A DNA stretch of 64,000 nucleotides, from NCBI RefSeq assembly GCF_964355755.1, contig NC_092679.1, positions 14,863,432 through 14,927,431 of the forward strand, given 5' to 3'. Of the stretch, positions 62,106-64,000 are shown piece after piece. Position 1 is the stretch's first letter, and each line of letters starts with the position of its first letter. The position numbers and the translations under genes were made by a program. The notes beneath the pieces were generated by a model. That model was not told the DNA's origin, did not search any database, and worked only from the letters and a program-made list of their open reading frames with translations. This stretch comes from Antedon mediterranea (lineage: Eukaryota; Animalia; Echinodermata).

Positions 62106-64000
62106 AATCTTTAAAAATAAGTTTGCCTGTTCCACAACTACTGTACGTGTACAATAACAACATAAAATTTGGAGTATGTATGTAAAGATGTATTGTCCCC
62201 AAAACAGAAAAAATGACGATGAATATGACATCATTATGTAGTCTTTATTAAAGTTTTTAAATTTCACCAGAAAGCAGAAAAAAAAAAAAACATAATATAC
62301 AAATTTCTCTGTATAAGTTTACGGTTTAAGCCATTTTTAAATTTCACCATAAAGAAAATCAATAAATTTAATAACCAGCCTGTTGCCTTCCAGACTATGG
62401 GCTTTCAGTTTGGTCAAAGTGTATCATAATCTCTAAGTCATGATGTCTTCAGTCCCTACACTATGTTTTAAATTAAATTGATTAAATTATTATTTAATTA
62501 TTTAAATTTATTTATTAAATATGTTTTCCTTACTTTTGAACATTCAGATTGAATTTTAAACTAAAGTGTATACAGTAAAAATGTATATAAAACAGTTAGA
62601 TGTTGCTAGGCAACCACAAGCAAAAAAGATAACCCATAAATTATTTGCAGGTACAGTATTCACATGGGATAGCCCCATTATTGAAGAGTGTTGGTGGAAT
62701 AATGAAAGAACCTGAGCATTGCAAACACGATAGGCCTAAGTATTGTAATACCATGGTCCTGTCCTATTTATTTTGTTAGCTTAAAAGCTAAGCCTATTCA
62801 GATTATAATTATCTAACACAAAATGAAAGGCTGAGCTTCTTGTGTTCATTTACAATAGAAACCTTAAGTGTTTGAAAAGTACTAGGCCTGTACAATTTCT
62901 TGATTCATCAGGTTTATTTCTGACACAAATTCAATCAAGTTTTAAGATTCCTGTAATATTTTCTAAGTGCTAAAAATAGACACCCTGAAATGGCCATCAC
63001 AGAACATGACCATTATTATACACTGTCATGTCAACAAACAACAAAAGTTATTGGGCCAGGTTTACTGTATGCTAAAACAGGCCCAAGAAATATAAATAGT
63101 TAAAAATAAATTTCAAAATTAAAATATAAAGCATTATACACACAAAAAAGTGCTAGCTTACATGGATTTAAACCAATAAATGCCCTATTCTTCTCGAACA
63201 GCAAGATATCATACTCTTATCTTGCTGTTTCAAAAGAATAGGGCATTTGCCGGTTTATCCCGGTAAAGCTAGGCACAAAATAGAATGGCCATTACGCCGT
63301 CACAATGTACAACTAGAAAAAAAAATATTTTCAATATTTAATCAGAATGACTTCAAAACTATTGAATTTTTCAATTACTAATGACATAATAGTTGAAAAC
63401 CCTACTGTATATGAACTTGACCATGATGGAACTATAGTATTTTTTTAAGAACACTGAAAATAGTCAATTTCATTTAATAATTACATTTTTTTTCTACTAG
63501 TTATAAGTCTGCTGTCTTTAACAAAAGTTTTCTTTGTTTTCAATATGTGAATAAATAAAAGACACATTTTAAATTTGAAATAAACAAACAGTTTTACAAA
63601 ATTCTGTACTATAGTAAATCAAATGGATCTTTAATGTGACATTATGTTAACACTAACTCCATCTCCCACTAAGGTGAACTTTGACACAATTCCACATTTT
63701 AGTTTGTTTATAATGGGATGAAAGTATTGTATACAGTAAATCAAAAATTTCAATGATATTCACAACCAAAAAAATATGAAAGTACAATATTCTATTACAG
63801 TGCCATTTAAAACTTGATTAATCATTTACTAGCACCATCTGACCATTTGCCTAAAATATTTTACCCTAACGAAGCCATTTAACAAATAACTGTTATACCA
63901 ACTGTTATATCAATTGAAAACATTTGCTATATTTGTTCATCTATCAATGAATGGATAAGTGTTTGTCTTGTATGTGGGTACTTCATACAACTATTTGAAC

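Overview
This is AT-rich eukaryotic (metazoan, most likely marine invertebrate) genomic DNA, not a prokaryotic locus. Most of the window (9797-57266, minus strand) is the 5' part of a giant nesprin-1/SYNE1/MSP-300-type gene. I traced 66 GT-AG exons plus a candidate 18-nt microexon with consistent phases, about 4,570 aa in total. They encode tandem calponin-homology domains (CH1-CH2) followed by a long spectrin-repeat rod, and the gene continues past the left edge. The central rod is an 11-fold repeated, all-phase-0 exon triplet (about 327/156/165 nt = 216 aa = two spectrin repeats). The left ~9.8 kb is intronic and holds a nest of transposons: a Kolobok-like MITE interrupted by a 6.1-kb element with ~800-bp TIRs carrying DR1/IR1 nuclear-receptor-type motifs, which itself contains an IS3EU-like foldback, another MITE and an L2 RT relic. 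An internally deleted Crack/L2 LINE follows. Other introns carry a perfect 22 x 49-bp array, a 14-bp minisatellite, a probable solo LTR, SINE relics, MITEs and hairpins. I saw no CRISPR, rRNA or intact tRNA genes and no clearly new enzymatic system. All coordinates were read by eye.
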